DNA of 64,000 nt from NCBI RefSeq assembly GCF_964204645.1, contig NC_134027.1, forward strand, positions 19,058,560 through 19,122,559, read 5' to 3'. The notes beneath the pieces are model-generated. The model had not been told where the DNA came from and did no database searches. It saw only the letters and a list, made by a program, of their open reading frames with translations. The stretch is from Tubulanus polymorphus (lineage: Eukaryota; Animalia; Nemertea). Positions 62,185-64,000 of the stretch are shown here, piece by piece (position 1 is the stretch's first letter; every line of letters starts with the position of its first letter). The position numbers were made by a program, and so were the translations under genes.

Positions 62185-63375
62185 AATAAATTGCCCATGG
62201 GCAAAGTGTGGTTTACCTTGAAAGCTAGAGGTTGTTTGGAGTAAGGGCATTGCTTGAAAAAACTTTTTAATTCGTGACTTCAAAGTTCTAGAAGTTTATA
62301 TCGTATTTTATCTTTCTTAAAGAATTATTTTGTAGTCAAATAAGACCAAAGATAAACATTTGTTAATGGTCTACATCCAAAATTTTGTAGGGTTCAGGTA
62401 GGCGCGGCATTGGAAACTATTTTATATTTTCAAAAAAATATTTTTCACCATATGAAAAAATATTCAAATAAAATTCATATGATGTCACATATCAGAGGGT
62501 GGCTGAATATTGAGTCTTGGAATCGAAACCTCTTCCAATGTATGGCCGCGGAAGCTAAAACACTGGGGCGTAGCATTAGATCGTTTTAAATCCTGGAATT
62601 GACCACTACAATATTCAGACCTATACCTATAGTTTGCTTCTTAGTATTTTCAGGTCACAAGAAATTACAATTTTTTTACAAATTCTATCAAACAGAAAAC
62701 ACAGCGCTCATCTTCTGCTACAACGATTATTCAGCCTGTTATCATACCAAACGTGCACGCGCCAAGCAGCGTTACAGCATCACCATATAGTAGGGTGTAT
62801 AAGCGTGTGTTTGTGTGTGCAACAGTCTAATGTTAGCGCTCCTGCTCACACGTGGAGGCCTTGTGTAGTGAATGTTCGCTTCACTTCGATCTCTATCAAC
62901 ACAATCACCGGGTATAAAAACGAAACAATACCTATGGCGATATGTGAAATAATTATATTCTCACCAGCAATGAGCATTTAAGATTCGCACATATAAGGCA
63001 CCTAGTCCAATGAAACGTTCGCCATTAATGGCTTTCCCATAATTATTTTAGTAGGGCCGGAATTCCCCGTATATCCCAAAAACAGCCAATCACATTCGCT
63101 CTTAGAGACGACGCCCCCCAATCGACGTCATTGCAATTTTATACGCAATTATTATATAAGAACTAAGAATTTTCCCAGCAAAAATACTTATTTGTCGAAT
63201 TTTAACAAAGTTGACCATGTCATCGATGGAGGTTCATCATGTCTTCAATCGCATCGATTATACGTCGTTTAACCCGAGAACCAATGAAAAAATGCTCACA
63301 TAAAAAAACGTACCGCGATTTTACATGAATTGGCTCAATGCCAAGCTCATACTGATGACAAAGGTAAACCAAAAA
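62185..63375 (-). mobile_element. HINE-like element family C, most complete copy
   Basis: Minus-strand 5' TTTTTGGTTTACCTT. 3' AAGGTAAACC-acact-TTGCCCATGGGCAA-TTTATT. Confidence 0.86.
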
Positions 63376-64000
63376 ACGTGCTCAAATAAATCGATTTTTT
63401 AGACTTTTTGGATAATTTCTCAAAAAAATATGAAATCCACGGCTTTCAACTTTGGGCACCATAAAGAAAAACAAATTATGAAATATGTTTTTGCTTAATC
63501 CGTTCAATTCGCCCATTAGTAGTGAAATTACAGGCTACCACTGAAATTGCATTTGAGTGTGCTTTGGGCGTAGTGTATTAAGCATATGAATGATTATCGA
63601 TCCGCCGGACCGTTGACAAAGGCTCGCTAACGCGAGCCAATAAAACTGCGGATCAGGCCACCTATACAATATATGGCACAAGTATTACTATTCTAATAAA
63701 GTTCAATTGGGGGCCTGTTACACTATAAGGGATAGAGTAAGGTTAAGGGGCATGTCAAGTGCTCTTGACTACCTAACAGCTGTAACAAGTCCGGAGCAAC
63801 TTTGATGACTTTCAGTATCTTTTCTTTATAGTAAGGCCGATAGTAAGCAGATTGAATAAATCCGTCAATTTTTCCCCAGGAGCCAGCTCAAGGTTCAAAT
63901 CTAATTAATTTCTTCATTTTTTTCAGTTCATCTCAACATATACACTATCTCCAACATTACCCTCTCTGCATGAGTTTACTATGTATCAAAAGCCCTCATT

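Larger units (their letters stand above)
60018..63645 (-). mobile_element. Outer HINE-like element (family G) hosting two other HINE-like elements
   Basis: Minus-strand 5' TTTTATT-GGCTCGC-gtta-GCGAGCC (63645-63621). 3' GCGAGCC-act-GGACCATTGGTCC hairpin (60045-60023). Confidence 0.62.

Overview
AT-rich, intron-rich eukaryotic genomic DNA, most likely from a marine invertebrate (inference from gene structure and repeat types). It holds two convergent housekeeping genes, both with their 5' ends outside the window. GPAA1 (GPI transamidase subunit, + strand) has 10 coding exons from 5026 to 38034 and includes a minor-class U12 AT-AC intron at 14977-16376. SLC9A8/NHE8 (Na+/H+ exchanger, - strand) has 6 coding exons from 59772 to 46235. 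The introns are packed with transposable elements. These include a decayed hAT-superfamily transposon with a 6-bp TSD, inserted in a Harbinger-like MITE and itself interrupted by a CR1/L2-group LINE and a Helentron-type element. There is also a decayed DIRS tyrosine-recombinase retrotransposon, a tRNA-derived Deu/Nin-type SINE, LINE fragments, MITEs of several superfamilies, and at least seven families of Helentron-associated (HINE/DINE-like) elements, some nested inside one another. No prokaryotic system, CRISPR array or intact RNA gene was seen, and most short ORFs in the track are spurious. I cannot claim a new biological system. The most unusual signals are the HINE-in-HINE nesting and the CAG(G/A)G-ended hAT-like elements with 5-, 6- and 7-bp TSDs. 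All alignments were done by eye and homologue comparisons are from memory.
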